Part shown: positions 1-14,058 of the stretch, piece after piece
Position numbering within the stretch: position 1 is the first letter of the stretch
Layout of the letters: each line of letters opens with the position of its first letter
Origin: Phoronis australis
Taxonomy: Eukaryota; Animalia; Phoronida
DNA: 64,000 nt
Direction of reading: 5' to 3'
NCBI GenBank assembly: GCA_002633005.1
Contig: NMRA01000596.1
Coordinates: forward strand, 127,860-191,859
Position numbers and translations under genes: made by a program
Notes under the pieces: model-generated
Told to the model about the DNA's origin: nothing
Databases searched by the model: none
The model's input: the letters and a program-made list of their open reading frames with translations, nothing else

Positions 1-2989
1 CATACATGTATCTTCCCGTGTATTTACTGTGGGCTGTCCCGGACTGCATTTGATGGTTTTTCGCAAAGAACAGGTCTTTAGGTCTTTAAGTTGGATAAAT
101 TCATGCTAATAAGTGGTCTAAATCAAATATTGGTTTTGAGAAGGATGGTTCATAATGTAAGTATAATCTAAATGTTGATACACAGTTCTGGGATTTATTA
201 GCCAAAGGTGCGGATAAAAAAATCTTAGGAATCCCTCGACAGGGGCTCCGTAGGACCCAGCTGACTTCGAGATAGAAGCGCAATCAATCAGTTTTATTTT
301 GAAGCAATTTCAATAACAATCAAATAATAATCTTGATTAATTTTGTAGCCTTAGGTTCACCTGGAAGGTTATTGAAAGCAGAAGAGGCTTCAATCCCCCG
401 GGACATATCCCAGTTTGTAGAGAATATATAAGCCCTGCTACTTGATAAAAATTTTCGGTTTGATTTCTTAATCACAAATATTTAGAGAAACATAACTTGA
501 AAGCTTTCAGAAAGGCTTAACATGCATTCAAGAGCATCTTATACCAATTTCAAAATATTTTTGGGCAGCATTCCACGACCCTTCTAGATTCTTGTCGCGC
601 TTTCATGTACACGTATGGCAATCAAGCTCCTGCATTCAGCGCTCAATTTACACCCAACACAGGGGTTTAAAGGACGGACAAACGTGTGAACGTTATCAGC
701 ACTTGCGTGAACTTCATTCGTACAGCCACCCATTCAGCAGGTTGAAACTTACTAGGTGACTTGTCATATGACTGAACTCATTGTTTCATTGCTTAAATAC
801 ATGTATGGCTGTACATGTACTTGTAGCTAAGACTCTTGAGACTCAACTACCACATCAAGCCAATACATATTGGCGGGGTCAAATTTACAAAAGAACGTTA
901 AAACATAATTATATTTCGTTTAAAAAATACGGTACTCAGTAAACAAATTAACACGAACGGGTGTCTTAAAATTATTCGCATAATACTCAATTGTTTATGT
1001 TACCTAAGACCGTTTACTTGAGTTTTTTGGGGGTTAAAGCCCCAACAACGATATTTTTCCTTTCTCTGTTGAGTGAGGTTCCTTGACCCTCACGTCACAA
1101 ATGGAAGGGAAATTAACACCCCCTGCCCCCATTTGCTACAACAATGTACAGATAAATGGATGAATGGGTTGGTATGTATAATATTTGCGATAAAAAGTCG
1201 TGTACCATTTGTGGTTTGTTCATAAATAACACAAACTCTGTAAGACAATCTGAAGCATATAGAAAACGATCGTTTATGATGTCTTTGATTTTAGTATGCA
1301 AGATTTGCACACCCCGTTAATCCTATCGGGCTTGGGTGACTCTGGGCCCGCCTGTATTTCTCATCAATGGATAGGTTTATACATGTATAGGCGCCCTCGG
1401 TATTTCCCGACAAACACTCAGCGGTTATTGATCCGCATGCCTAAATTTATCATCATTATCGACTATCGGTATACGAAAAATTCAAAACTCAGTTATGTTG
1501 ATGTAATCACGTTGATTTACCATTACAGAACAACGGGTTTGCTGGGAAAACAAAAGCATTAAATATTAACTTGATTGGCATCGTTTCAAAGTTCGGACCG
1601 CCACTCTCAGAGCAGTGTGCTTTGGCCTGACAAAGACGGGCGCTCATCCAGAAATTGGATTCTAATACGTACATGTACACTGTACAAGTATATATGATCA
1701 ATAAGTCTCCGTCTAATCTCAGAACGCACCCGTCTCAAATTCAAACTTGAACATTACTCAATCGCGCCGCCGGGATCATTCCAGTATAAATTCGTAGGTT
1801 AACTCGAGCCGTGACATGCTCAGAAATATTCCAGCGACATGATGAACCATTTGTCGCTAGATGGCAATAGAGCAGTTGGTGGAGTGAGCGTGCTGCATTT
1901 ATCCTTACAATGTAACTAGAGTAGGATATTTCATAGCGTTTTTACAAGTTATTTGCGACCATCACGTCGTCAAATTGGCACTACTGTGGGGTTGGTTTAA
2001 ACGATTCACATAAAAAACGTCCATTGTCTCGAAATGCCTGTAAAGGAAAGTGTTTACTGTATACTGCGACCCGAATGAGCACTGAACAGTTCTAAGTGGG
2101 TTTTGCCTGACAGTGCACACACCGCCAGAAAAGCGGACTTTTCACATGGGCGCGGTCCAGAGTAATGGAGCGCGAAAGCAACTTCCGCATGACCCCGACT
2201 CAGATTCGGTAGACAGGAATTCAATTACTACATGGTGGTTCATTTATCTATAAAGACAGAGGAACAAATCCTACTGCTGACATGTCAACCCCTCCCATTG
2301 TTTGATAAGGTTTAGTTCAATAAGTTATTTTAGCATTTTGACATTGGCTATGATCGAAATTCTCCCGCTTTATCAGTCGCAGCAGCTACTGACTTCTCAA
2401 GGTGCGGAGTCTTCTTTGCAATAGGAACATGATGCCCTCTATTTGTGGATACTACAAGACGATTGCTTGTTTTGTTAAGCCATTTGTGGACCCCACCGCT
2501 CAGCACTGGTAATTTTCCGACATTGTGTTAACGCAAACCGTTTACAGTAGATTGAAACCTCCCATCCTTGGGGTCTGCAGGTGGTGCTGAACACCTGTCC
2601 ACTTAAGACCTGATCGCCGTCTGGCGGGACAGCGAAAAAACAAAAACGTTACAGTGTTTCAGGCATCTTCTCGATTTTTGATGTTTATTATGAAATATTC
2701 AGTACAATAAATATACATGCCTAGAAAGCGCCAAGAGTCATTGTCCTGAGTTAAATAAATACAAAGAAATCTATAAGCAATTATTACACACAAATTCGTA
2801 AATTAAAAAAATGCATACCGTACAAGCAAAGAAACCCTGAACATTTGTCTGAGTGTCTCCACAGGAACAAAGAGGTAAAATAGTCCGCATCTTGATCTGT
2901 ATAGGATTATTTCATGGTTACGAGGAAGTTGGAATGATGTCATTGGGACTGGCAAGTCTTGAGTTGTGGCATGCAGTTTAAAATTATTT

Positions 2990-3570
2990 TTGAGAGTGAC
3001 GATTGAAGTGTTTTCTTCTATTTTGGATGGTAAGGAATTCTAGTTGTCAATGCAAGTAAATATCGTAGATCTCCTGAAGGCTTAGCTGAGGAAGATGGTA
3101 TAGTGTTTGTATTACTTTGCCACAGCACTGGTCTTATGTTATGTCTTTTGTAGGAGTCAACGAGGATTTTGTTTGAGCAATTGCTTGTGTTGTTTAAGAC
3201 TTTGAATGTATACATGTACATGGACAGATGGAGTTTACGACGGGTTGCCAGTTTCCTCCAGTTGAGACTATTTAGAACCTTGATTGTGTTGGATCCTATG
3301 TATGCTCCTGTTATGGCTAAAGCTGATTGGTATTGTAGTCTTTCTAATTGAAGAAGTATTCCTGCGTTTACTGATTGGTAGATTATGTCACAGAAATCAA
3401 CACTGTAGATGTGGAAGTACAAAAGACTTGAACAGAGTTTCAAGATGCATGGAGCTGAGATGACGAGAGACAATTCTAATTGGATTGATTAATTTTTGTA
3501 CTTTATGAACGAGTTCGCGACAGTGAGGAGTAAATGTAAGCTTATGGTTTAGTAGCAAGATTTCAATCCG
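2990..3570 (-). mobile_element. Decayed 3' fragment of a CR1-like non-LTR retrotransposon ORF2
   Basis: Frameshifted ORFs 3397-3615 and 3018-3473 give LFKSFVLPHL..C / LERLQYQSALAITGA..SNTIKVLNSLNWRKLATRRKLH, typical of the post-RT region of CR1/L2-group LINEs. Boundaries approximate. Confidence 0.75.
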
Positions 3571-4415
3571 TGTGAATGGCTGAATGGGCAGGAAACAGCC
3601 ACATCTCTTGCTCATTCATTTCATAATATGAGGAAGCGATGCAACCAAAATTGCAGAGAGATCAAATGCTGGTATATCTAATCACACTGAAAAAATGAAG
3701 GTCCAACCGACATGGTTACAGGATGAATGGGCTAGGACAAAAGCCCTATATCAAAATCAGTCGCGCATTTTGCGGTGGTGTAAATTCGCGGTAGATACAA
3801 ACCACACCTTCTTAAACCTTATAGGGACTATATGTCTTACTGACAACTACATTTGTTGTCGTATTATGATTATAATAGTATATTTTTGAACCGAGTTGTT
3901 CACTTCGACAAACTGAGTGTACACAATAAAAGCAACAACAAAGTAACAAAACACTGCGTCATATAACCTTCTTAACAGCCCATTTAAATGCAGAAGTTGG
4001 CAACAACAGGTTTATCAACCCGATAAGATTCCACATGAGCACGTAAATAAGATAAAAAACTGACTGTGTTACTTCGTCTTTCTGGCGGCGAGAAACGACG
4101 TAGACACTCTCGAAAGACTTGCGCCAAGGAATCTACACCATATCAAGCGGAAACACAAAATTTTCCTCCGCAATCCAATAGTCCAGTCTTGCCCACCATC
4201 ACTTCGTAGGCAGCCATTTTGCTAATGTACACTTGCAAAGTACAGACGTACTCGGCGAAAATTTTGCCTTTTACTAGCCAGAAACCAAATGCGCTAAGGG
4301 AAAGAGTACAATGTAGATTGAGTTATCAATTGTAGCGAATTATTATGTACTGCCTCCTTTCTATGTTCTATTACACTGTTTACTTTCAGATCCACCAACC
4401 AAAGGACTTTGAAGC

Positions 4416-4421
4416 TTTATT
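4416..4421 (-). promoter_or_regulatory. Candidate polyadenylation signal of the PAN-FN3-fibrinogen-like gene
   Basis: AATAAA on the minus strand about 28 nt after the TAA stop at 4449-4451. Confidence 0.5.
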
Positions 4422-4448
4422 GCAGTTGTCACACTGAGACGTGTCCGT

Positions 4449-4612
4449 TTAGTTCGTACATATGAGTGGACCCAGGGTTATTTTTGTAATTTCGTTTGAT
4501 CCATCGATGTCCCCCTGATAAAATTTGATGAGCGGGAGATCATCTTTTGATACAATGTAGCCTTGGTCGACCAGCCATTCCGAAATATTGGCGTCACAGT
4601 TGCAATCCTTAC
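4449..4612 (-). CDS. Exon 6 (last) of secreted PAN-FN3-Caspr-type fibrinogen-like protein
   Basis: Acceptor tctttcag, phase 1; (G)KDCNCDANISEWLVDQGYIVSKDDLPLIKFYQGDIDGSNEITKITLGPLICTN* matches the CNCDA..W..D.G....K..LP....GD......LGPL.C end of the Caspr/Neurexin-IV fibrinogen-like domain. Confidence 0.9.
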
Positions 4613-5130
4613 CTGAAAGAAAACGATACAAAATCAAGGGCTCTCACAAAATCAAAACCTTTGACAAACAGTATTCATGTTCTAGCTGCCCCTTTCATTT
4701 AAATGTAGTGTGTGCGTTCATTGGGTAGAATCAGAGAGCCGTGACTGTTTGAAGACACTCCGGGTTCCCTTTGTTTTCACCCATTTCTTCTTAGTTTATA
4801 AAAAGCGACGGTCATTTTGTTTGTGCTGTAAGAGGAATTTAAATTAAGGCTTAAGTTATTATGAAAAAAGAAAAGTCTTTTTGAAAGAGCGTTATTCGGT
4901 AATGATTACGTTTCCACTAATTTAAAAATTGATTTCTGAAACATAGTTTTTAGACTTTTAAGACTAAAGTCAAGCGGAAAGATTATCTTTAAACATGGTT
5001 TTCTATTTTCCCACGATGTGTCTAAGGCTCTATGAAAGAATAGTTACATTTTTGGGCGAACAATATAGTTACTCCAGCAAAACAGCCATTAAGAGGTGGA
5101 TTAAACACTGAAGTCATCGCACCATGTTTA

Positions 5131-8100
5131 AGGAGAATGCCACCCGATTCGTTTCGTTTTTTGTCGTTTTAATCGGTCTATATCCACATACATAACCTCC
5201 TATATGGTTGATCTTACCTTGCCGAGAAGTGTCGCGTTAAAGGAGCATGCCACCCAAAAACAACCTATTTTTTATCAATTGAGATCAGTTGTTCCACTAG
5301 ATAAAGGCACGTACGGTTGCGTTACCTGACACCTGACGGCAGACGGAGGTGTTGAAATTATCCAATGACGTCATTGGTTTCCACGCAACACGGGCTAGTG
5401 GTGTCAGCTTACCGCTTGAATTCATCGTTTAACACCAATAAATCATCAAACTTCGATATAAAACCCTTAAAAATACACAGAGTTCTTATAAAAACGTGTT
5501 GTTTTATTTCGCGGTTACGGATTTATTGGTATTTGGACACACCGTAGCCTACAAAGTTCGGCAGGCCAAGGTTCATAGCAGGAGTCTGGGGTCAGTTCAA
5601 AGTTAAATTCGAAATATTTTTCCGTGAGATACAGACAGGAGAACCTAGATCTATGCTCATTAAACATGTGATTCTTTGAATTCTAAACACACAAAACGCT
5701 TGTTATCCCGGCCAGTGTCTCGGAACCTGATCAAGCCCGTCGCGGCCGGACTGACTCGTTATCCCAGCCAGTGGCTCCGAACCCGGTCACGCCCGTCGCG
5801 GCCGGACTGAAGACATCACGAACATAAACCAGCCAAAGTTGGAAACTAAACTTCCAGTCAAGAAAATGCTATACTAGTGAGCCAAATAAGTAATATACAC
5901 GTGATTAGGTTGGTGAATTAGCCACGAAACTGCAAATCTACTTACTCGTCGGGGGCCGCGAATTCAGGTTCCGCTTTGGCCACAGAACAGTCAGAGCAAA
6001 AGTTGTACATTGACAAACATTATTTGAATAACGTAAATGTAAATAAAGATTCCCCTAACACCTGGCCGTGGGATAGAAATCGAGTTATTGTTTCACAACA
6101 TCAAGCACTGAATTAGCATGAGTTCACACGGCCTCAGTGTTCGGTCAATTAGTTTTATCACCTAACGCCGGTAACGCCGTGATTTATTCATTGCTGGCTT
6201 CTCAAATCATTTGCACCCACGAACACTCCAAAGAAATTACAAATTGTATCTAATGAGACATACTTTGCTTCAGTTTTATAAAAGTATTGGTTAGGGTGAG
6301 AATAATTCATTTTGAAACAGAACGCTCAGTAATAAACGTCAACATGGCAACTCGCAATCCCGACTTAGACGAGAGCTCGTCGACGAAGACTTCGCAGGTG
6401 GATCGTTAAGTTTCACAGGCTATCAGTTCGAACAGGAATAGAGTGATGAAGAAATACTAGAGAGGCACCGTGAACATGCTCGGGCAACGGAACGTATGGA
6501 TAGCTATTTCGTCAGACTCACTGTCGACTACTGCAGGACACAGACACGGAGATGTTTCACGGCCTCGTAGTTGCTACAGTGTATTTACAGCGTACTTTTC
6601 ATTCTTCACTACCGCGAGCCTCTTCCTAAGCATTTCGGACTCTCGAGGAAGTCGAGAAAACGATATACCCGCTTTCCTTGCAGCTGCAGAGTTCCGAAAA
6701 GCGGGAACGATGCACTGCAACATAGCGGCATTCACTCTGCAAATGAACCACTGACGTCGCTGCGTCGTTTCTCACCTTCCTCACAGGTTAACGCGACACC
6801 TCTCGGCAAGGTAAGGTCGACCGTATGGGAGGCGATGTGGATATAGACCGATTAAGACGGTAAAAAAGACTAATTAAATAGGGTGGCATTCTCCTTTAAC
6901 CTGCGAGGAACTTGAGTATACGACACAGCGAAGTCAGTGGTTCTTCAGCTGAGCGTGTGACGCTATGGTGTGGCGTATCGTTCCCTCTTGCGCGAACGGT
7001 GACGCTGCGAGGAAAGCAGGTACACGAGTACATCGTTTTTCGATTTTCTCGAGAGCCTGAAAAGCTTTGGAAGTAAAGAATGAATAGCACGCCGTTAATA
7101 CCAAGTATGAGGCCATGAAACATCTCGTGTCTGTGGCCAGCATTGCTCTCCTTCAAAATGAGTTGCTCTCACGCTCACCGATACTTAATAAAAGTGAAAA
7201 AAGTGTCTCGAAAAACTGTGTCACTAGATAATTTGCAATGCCATTGTAGTGTTCGTGAATGCAAATGCTTTGAAAAACCAACAATGAATACATACAAATC
7301 ATACTAGGTTACCAGCTTCAGACGTGATAAACTAATTGACAGGGCACCCGAGGCCGTGTGACCGTTTGCTAATTTAGTGTTTGCTGACAAAAAGCTGTTG
7401 TGAAACAATTACGCGACTTTATATGCTATGGTGACTTGTCAGGGGAATCTTTATTTAGAAATGCAAATATATTATTCATATCATTGTTATTGTACACCTT
7501 TGCCCTGTACGGTTCTTTGAAAGGGGAACCTAAGGCTTCGCGGCCCATGACGGGTAAGTAGAGTTTTGCAATTTCGCAGCGTTTTTTCCAAAATTTCCAC
7601 GTGCACATTATTTCATTGGTTCACTAGTCTAGTCTTTTCGTGACTGCAAGTTAAGTTTTCAACTTTGGAAGCCGACCAACCTGGCTGGTTTATGTTCGTG
7701 ATAGTCTCCAGTTCGGCCACCGGCGACGCGGGCCTAATCGGGTTCCGAGTTACTGGGTTACAATGAGCGTTTTGTGTGTTTACACCGTAAAACTGAAAAT
7801 ATTCGTAAGTTTAAAATTTCAACACACGATTATGCTCTACCTCTTGTCTGTATTTCAGGGAAGAATAATTCTTATCTATCACGGAGCAGATCAAAACTTC
7901 CCGCGACCGACCTCGGTAAGTTAGCCTACCGAACTCTGCACGCTACGGTGCGTTCAAAATTTCTATAAATTCGTAACAGCGAAATAAACTCGTTTGTTTA
8001 AAAACAGATTATATTCGTAAGGGTTTTTCAACGAATTTTGATGATTTATTGGTATAAAACGATGACGTCACGCGATACACTGACACCACTAAGCGTGTTG

Positions 8101-8262
8101 TGATTTGTTGAACAGACCGTGTTAGAACCTATGACGCAATTGCTTAATTTCAGCACCTCCGTCTGCCGTCTTGTGTCAGATAAAAGAACTGAAATAGCTG
8201 TTATCTTGTAGAAATATTCGTTCTAAGTTGATACAAAAAAACGTTTTTGGTGTCATTCTCCT
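5131..8262 (-). mobile_element. Kolobok-type non-autonomous element, family A, older copy interrupted by a nested copy
   Basis: Ends AGGAGAATGCCACCC (5131) and GTGTCATTCTCCT|TTAA (8262); internal sequence is the reverse complement of the other family A copies; split at TTAA 5237-5240/6896-6899. Confidence 0.8.
5241..6895 (+). mobile_element. Kolobok-type non-autonomous element, family A, nested copy
   Basis: TTAA|AGGAGCATGCCACCC...GGGTGGCATTCTCCT|TTAA: TTAA TSD, 5'-RR..YY-3' termini, short TIRs; KolX-like start MATRNPDLDESSS (+, ~6343) and THAP remnant (-, ~6505-6725). Confidence 0.88.
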
Positions 8263-8589
8263 TTAAGAAGATAATAAGTGTGTCCCACAAGTTATTTTTT
8301 TAAGAATTTCTTGCTAGCACAGGAAGGGAAAACAGTAGTGGCAGTTGAAACGCCACTTTCTCAAGGAAAACACATACATGTACTAACGTCCTTGTTACTT
8401 GAAACCAAGCGTAATGTTGGGATACAAAAGAAAGTTTAAGCGACACTTAAGAGTTTACTTGCAGCTTAGAATATTCACCTTTATTCTAAAACATTTTCTC
8501 ACACGCCAAAAATGTTGCTTCGAATAATGTATCAGTTTGCTAACCCAAGCGAATGTTCAACTCTTGCTGAACTCCAAATTTCAACCTAC

Positions 8590-8863
8590 CACTTCTGCAA
8601 GAGTTGTTCTTTTTGCAGTGACACCCCACGGTTGCGGCGTCTACCCAGTACATCAGCTTCACGTTACTTCGACCATACCACCAGGAGAAGTACGTATTCG
8701 AGGTTCTCCACCCAAAGGAGGCGTGACAGTCTCGCTTCAAATGCTGCTTGCACTCGGTTGAAGTCTCCATCACTGCGCCAATCTGATCCATGGTTGGACC
8801 ATACGTCACTTGGAACACTAATTTTGGAGTTTGAGTTCCTAACTTGAAAGTCATCTGAGTTTC
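8590..8863 (-). CDS. Exon 5 of secreted PAN-FN3-Caspr-type fibrinogen-like protein
   Basis: attccag|GAA ACT CAG...AGT G|gtagg; ETQMTFKLG...VTYGPTMDQIGAVMETSTECKQHLKRDC...SWWYGRSNVKLMYW...CHCKKNNSC resembles the Caspr Y...Q..A....S..CEQ...C...SWWVGR...YW...CAC motif; phases 0/1 fit neighbours. Confidence 0.9.
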
Positions 8864-10254
8864 CTGGAATAGAAATTATCGAAATGGGTTACATATTTTT
8901 GAAAGTGCCTGGCCAGTTTCTTACATTTACTTAAGCCAAAGACAGAAACAGCGGTTTTAGGGCGAAGTCGAAATTGGTATTTAACAGTGGCCAATTGATC
9001 CGCCGAAGCAGTCTATGTAATCCACTTGCTCGGTCTATGGAGTAATTTCGCAAAATTAGGGATGCTATTCAACTGTGTAAAAATTTATTCGTCTCAGTGC
9101 CGAGGTAGTCTACACAGACAAGTGCGTTGAGCTCCGCTAGACACCGAAATTTCACACAACCTGGGTGCTCACAGCTCGATGACCGGCAGGGTTACATGGA
9201 GAATCCAGGAATCAATCGACACTCACCTTGCACGTTACAGTCTTTTATTGAAGTAAAAAAAACAATCCAATAAACGTTATTTTTGCGTAATTCTCTCCTT
9301 TTGTAACAAAGAAAAGTCTACGGTCGTCGTTTTCAAAACAGTGCATACTCGTGACACGCGCACGCACCATATCCAAAAACTTTGCGATATCTTTCAGGAA
9401 TTTGTTCTGAAATTGGGTTTTCTTGTATTAACATAATAGAAACTTGTAACGAAATGAAACCAGTTCCGATTGTTATGCCACATGTATGTACGCAACCTCA
9501 CAGTTGATTGAAGAGTCGGGGAAACTGGCTAATAGGTGCCACAATTCGGCCCAAAAGATCGCATCACAAATTTAGCACCAGACTAACGGTAGAACGCCAA
9601 TTTTTCCAACACCGGTAAATAATTTAGTTTACTCAAGGAAGAGTGCATTTTTTTAATGAAATCATTAATTTTGGCGGCGACAGGCCCAATGAATTATATA
9701 CGCGTCAGAAGCCGGAGGGAGTGAAATTAAGCCGACGCACTGACGTCACGCACGCCAGTGCGAAGCTGGCTACCCTCCCTACGCGTCCGCAAAAAACGGC
9801 CCGCGAGAAAAAATACAATAGGGGGCTGGTGCACTACATGAGACCAAGGAAGTGCTAAAATAGGCGCAACGAAGATCTGTAGAGGAGTTGGGGAGACGGA
9901 GTTTGCGCGAACGATGGATTTTATAGAATACATTGGCTTCGATGTCATCTAATGTAGCTAGTGAACGTGTTGCAGCCACAGATAAAATGTGTGAGTTAAA
10001 TTACTCCCAGATTTGACATGCTTTGAGTTATTCCAGAAGTGCCTGACGGGCGGCTCTATTGGATAGCAGTTGTATACCTTTCTTTGTACTGTATATCGTC
10101 AAGGTTGGATTAAAGATGCCTGTGGACTAAGACAGGTTTGCCATACCTGATATGGGCTGTAGACTACAAATTATGAAAATCAAAAACTCGCGCTCTTCAT
10201 TAGATAACTCCAGCATAGCTTGGTAGTGTTTGATGACATGCCGGTGGGTCTAAC

Positions 10255-10409
10255 CTTGTTGTGATGAAACACCGCACTCGGAGGTGACGTCGACATATCG
10301 CAATAAACAAGGAAGGGGTCAAGGCCACTGTTGTTGTCGTCTGGGTCGATTAGGTAGTCATCGCTGTTAGTGAAGCCGCCATTTTTATATCCGGAGCAGG
10401 ATGGCGCAT
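10255..10409 (-). CDS. Exon 4 of secreted PAN-FN3-Caspr-type fibrinogen-like protein
   Basis: ttaattgcag|AT GCG CCA...AAC AAG|gttag; (Y)APSCSGYKNGGFTNSDDYLIDPDDNNSGLDPFLVYCDM is the SC..Y...G...Y.IDPD....PF.VYCDM start of a fibrinogen-like domain. Confidence 0.92.
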
Positions 10410-10859
10410 CTGCAATTAAAAAGCATTGTTTCAAAGCGATATGAAACGTTCTAAATACAATTTTGTAGCATTGCGAGAGTAAAACGCACCTTTGGTGCGC
10501 AAGCGGAGACCAAATAACAGGGGCGATAATCAATTTCTTTCTTGAACTTTTATTTTGAGGCAATCGGTCAACTTCCTTAGAATATCTCACCTAGCATAGC
10601 AGTGGCCTTTTGAGAGCATGATTGTCTCACAGAATGCTGGAAAATATCTTCTTCCTTTATTTGTACGAATGGCCATCGGCCCACAGTACAACAAACACGC
10701 AAACCTGATCATTGGAGTGCTATGCACACTAGTCAGCAATGCACAAGCTGCTCCGTTTTTTAGATGCGTAGTATACATATTTCATAAACTGAGATATTGA
10801 GATTACATAACAGTCTATGAAATTTAAGCAAAGAGGGGCTTGTCCAGAGGCTCCCACTT

Positions 10860-13515
10860 GTAAACTTAACTCTGATTTCGGAAAAAGCTTCGCAAACTAA
10901 CAAAAATGATATTCATCCTCGACACAATTCCTCGAGTATAATGTACACATTCTGTCTTGATATATCACATTTACGTGACGACCGGTTTCTACTGCCAGTC
11001 TGAGGTTTGAACATCGAAAACGTGTAAAACTTTGTACGAACACTCTTGGAAGATTTTCAATTTCTAAATAGTTTTCATCTTTAAATACAACCTTAAAATT
11101 TTTGTAATAGTTTAACTTAGAATTGGAATCAACATCGGACTGCCATCTTTGCAAAGCACAGTCCTTAATACGTTGTGAGAAAATATTTACAAACGACTCC
11201 TTGGTTTACCCAAACATCATAGAAACCATACATTGACAATAAATTGCGGACTGAGCTTGCCCAATTATACATATGCCTACCATTTTCATCTAGTCTGTAA
11301 AACATGTTGTAAGTGGCCCTTGTATAACGTTCCTGTGGTATATTCAAAATTTTAAACCAATATTTAATACAACTAGCAAGGTAACTCGTAAACATAGGGT
11401 ATCTGCCACAGTCACCCAATACTGCAGCGTTTGAGTAAGAACTGCCTAGTCCCAAAATTTTAAATGAACTTTTTCCTAACACTCGTATTCATTAAAACCC
11501 CAAATCTCGGCACCATAACACAACGTTGGGTACACCAGTTTATCAAATAACTGAAAGCCAAGTGATGGGAGCATGTCGCGACATCTGCACTGTAGTTTCA
11601 AAACACGTGATGCAGCTTTACTTGCTTGACAAGAAAGAGTTTCTGTCGCTTTCGACCACGAGAATTTAGGTGTGATAAAAACACCAAGATATTTATAACG
11701 AGATACAGCATTAACTTGTTCTTTGTTAAAAGACCATTTCTTATAGTGTCGTAAGAGACCTCCATTTCTAAATACAATTATTTTTTTCTTTAAATTCACA
11801 GCCATACCCCATGAATCACAATAATCACTGAGACAATTCAACATAGACGCTGTTAGAGAGCACAAAACCATGTCATGTGCATATAATAGTGAATTAATAT
11901 TTGTATCATGTTCATCTAAGTAGATGCAAGTTATGTCACAAGGTGAATTGATTTTTTTTTAAAGAACTCATTGAGACACAAAACAAATAGCAGAGCGCTT
12001 ATCATAGAGCCTTGACGAGTACCAATAGTGCAATTAAATAAGTCTGTTAAACCATCACGTGTTTTAACACATGATCTCAACTTGCTATACATTGATCACA
12101 GAATAGATAACATATTACCATGAACATTAATTTGCATAAGTCTATGAAAAAGTAAATATGTGGTACTCGATCAAAAGCTTTTGAAAAGTCAATAAATGCC
12201 CAACAGAACCTGCCACCCTTTTTGCTTATGTGTTTCTGACATATGCCATACAAAGAAAATATATGATGCACAGTCGCGTAACCCTTGCGGAATCCTGCCT
12301 GAGTTTCAAAAAGCTGACCATTACCTTCGGCCCAGTTATACAATCGGTTATTCAGTATTCTGGTAAAGAGCTTCCCAATAGCCGATAGAAGCGAAATACC
12401 TCTATAATTATTCTCATCGTTCACGTTACCTTGTTTAAACAACGGGATTAACATCGCATAACACCAAGCCTGGGGATAGCAACCTGACTGGAAAATTTTA
12501 TTGAACAACTTACTGTATGCAGAATAGGCAAAATGAATGTTTTGGTACATTTTAACATTTCAAAAGTAACTCCATCAACACCAGCGGCCTTGCCATATGG
12601 GAGCTGATCAATATTCTGGATAATTTCACAACATGAAATGTCTGCATTTAAATCATGTTGTCTGTTGTGGGTACACTTTTCACAGCAGTTATCATGACTA
12701 GTCTGCCTATGGACCACACCACTCATGAGTGAATCGCTAACAGGCACTTCTTGGTTCAAGAGACTCTCAAAATAATCATGCCATTTTTGTGGTGTAAAGG
12801 ACGTGGCTGCGCACCGCGGAGGTTGCGTTCTAAATTTGGCGATTTTCCAAAACACTTTTGGGTTGTTCCTATTCTTGGAAATACTTTCCAGTAACTGAGC
12901 TTCATAATTTTTTTTTGTCTATATAATTCACGGAATAGTTATCTCTTAAATTTATAATTATGCATGTTTGAAGCGGATGTATAACACCGAAATCGACTAA
13001 AGGATTCACGTTTAGTATTTTTGGCAGATTCTAATTCTTTATCCCACCACATGGGTTGATTCGGTTTCTTGTCTTTATTTTTTCCCGTGATCGACTCGTT
13101 TTTATGATTTGACAATGTCAATGCAGTCTGAAAATATAGGTCTGAGATACACTGAACCGCCTTGTCTACATCATTTTGCGTTAAATACTCTTCCATTGTC
13201 ATTGCGCAGTCGTGTAATTCGACTGAAAACGCCTGCGAGTATTCAACTGTTTAGCACTATCCCACTAATGCTATGATGCGGGCGCAACACATGTGTCTCA
13301 TCACACGACGTAATCATTGGTTCTTCACACTTAAAGCTACATATGATAGGCAAGTGATCTGACTCGTCCCAAGCATCTACTTTAAAATCGTTTACAATTT
13401 CAAACAAATCAGTAGATAGAAGTACATAATCAACTAAACTGCAGCCTCCTGAGGCAAAACATGTAAAATTACCACATGCATCATCACAGCACATGTCAAT
13501 GAGGGAAAATATCAC
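10860..13515 (-). mobile_element. Decayed non-LTR retrotransposon (RTE-X/L2/CR1 group) ORF2: end of APE endonuclease, RT and C-terminal region
   Basis: Successive frameshifted ORFs: FTC...SLVDYVL...ESDHLPI (APE end), KAAGVDGV..EMLK, NYRGISLLS..GKLFTRILNNRL, QAGFRKG, FIDFSKAFDRV, degenerate LLYAHD, YKYLGV, LAVETGR...VEDEYHF. Lies in intron 3 of the PAN-FN3 gene. Confidence 0.92.
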
Positions 13516-14058
13516 ACTGCATTAAATCCACACAACAATGCAGAGCGCTATCCACCAACTAACCTACATGTATTGCCATCTAGCGGAGGAAGTATTTCAT
13601 AATGTCGCAATTCCACCTGCTGTTAGTTCTATAGTATAAAGCAGCATTAAGTCAATACCTAGGTTAAAAACAGATTGCAAGTTTTGAATTAGGTCACTTG
13701 CCTTTGAAAAATCGGTCTCGAATCGTTCCTAAGTCAAAGTAGACGTGATTTTAAGTTATTTAGATGTTAGATCTGATTTTTGACTAAAAGTCAAAATTGC
13801 TTTGTGCCGAGAAACAGATGTTGCACTCTTGTTTTGCAAGACGGCAAGCACCTTAAAAAGTTCAGTTGAAGAACACCTTCCCTACATTGTTTTGTAGACT
13901 GAGATGGCTCCCCTTTCAGAAATTAATGCAGTGTCACACAATAATATAATTTCTTGCACGGTGCGATCCTAGAATACCTTCACAATAAGTTTTGTAAGGC
14001 ATCTGAGATTCACGGGAGATGCACGTGAATTTCGAGCCATGGTGGTATCCGTTTCCCN

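Noticed and set aside
101-283. Short ORF-track entries (this one and most other 60-110 aa ORFs)
   Set aside because: No recognisable motifs, often non-ATG starts, many lie antisense to exons or within repeats; consistent with chance ORFs.
5241-6895. piggyBac assignment for the TTAA elements
   Set aside because: piggyBac ends are typically CC(C/T)..(A/G)GG; these begin AGG, end CCT and carry THAP/KolX-like remnants, fitting Kolobok.
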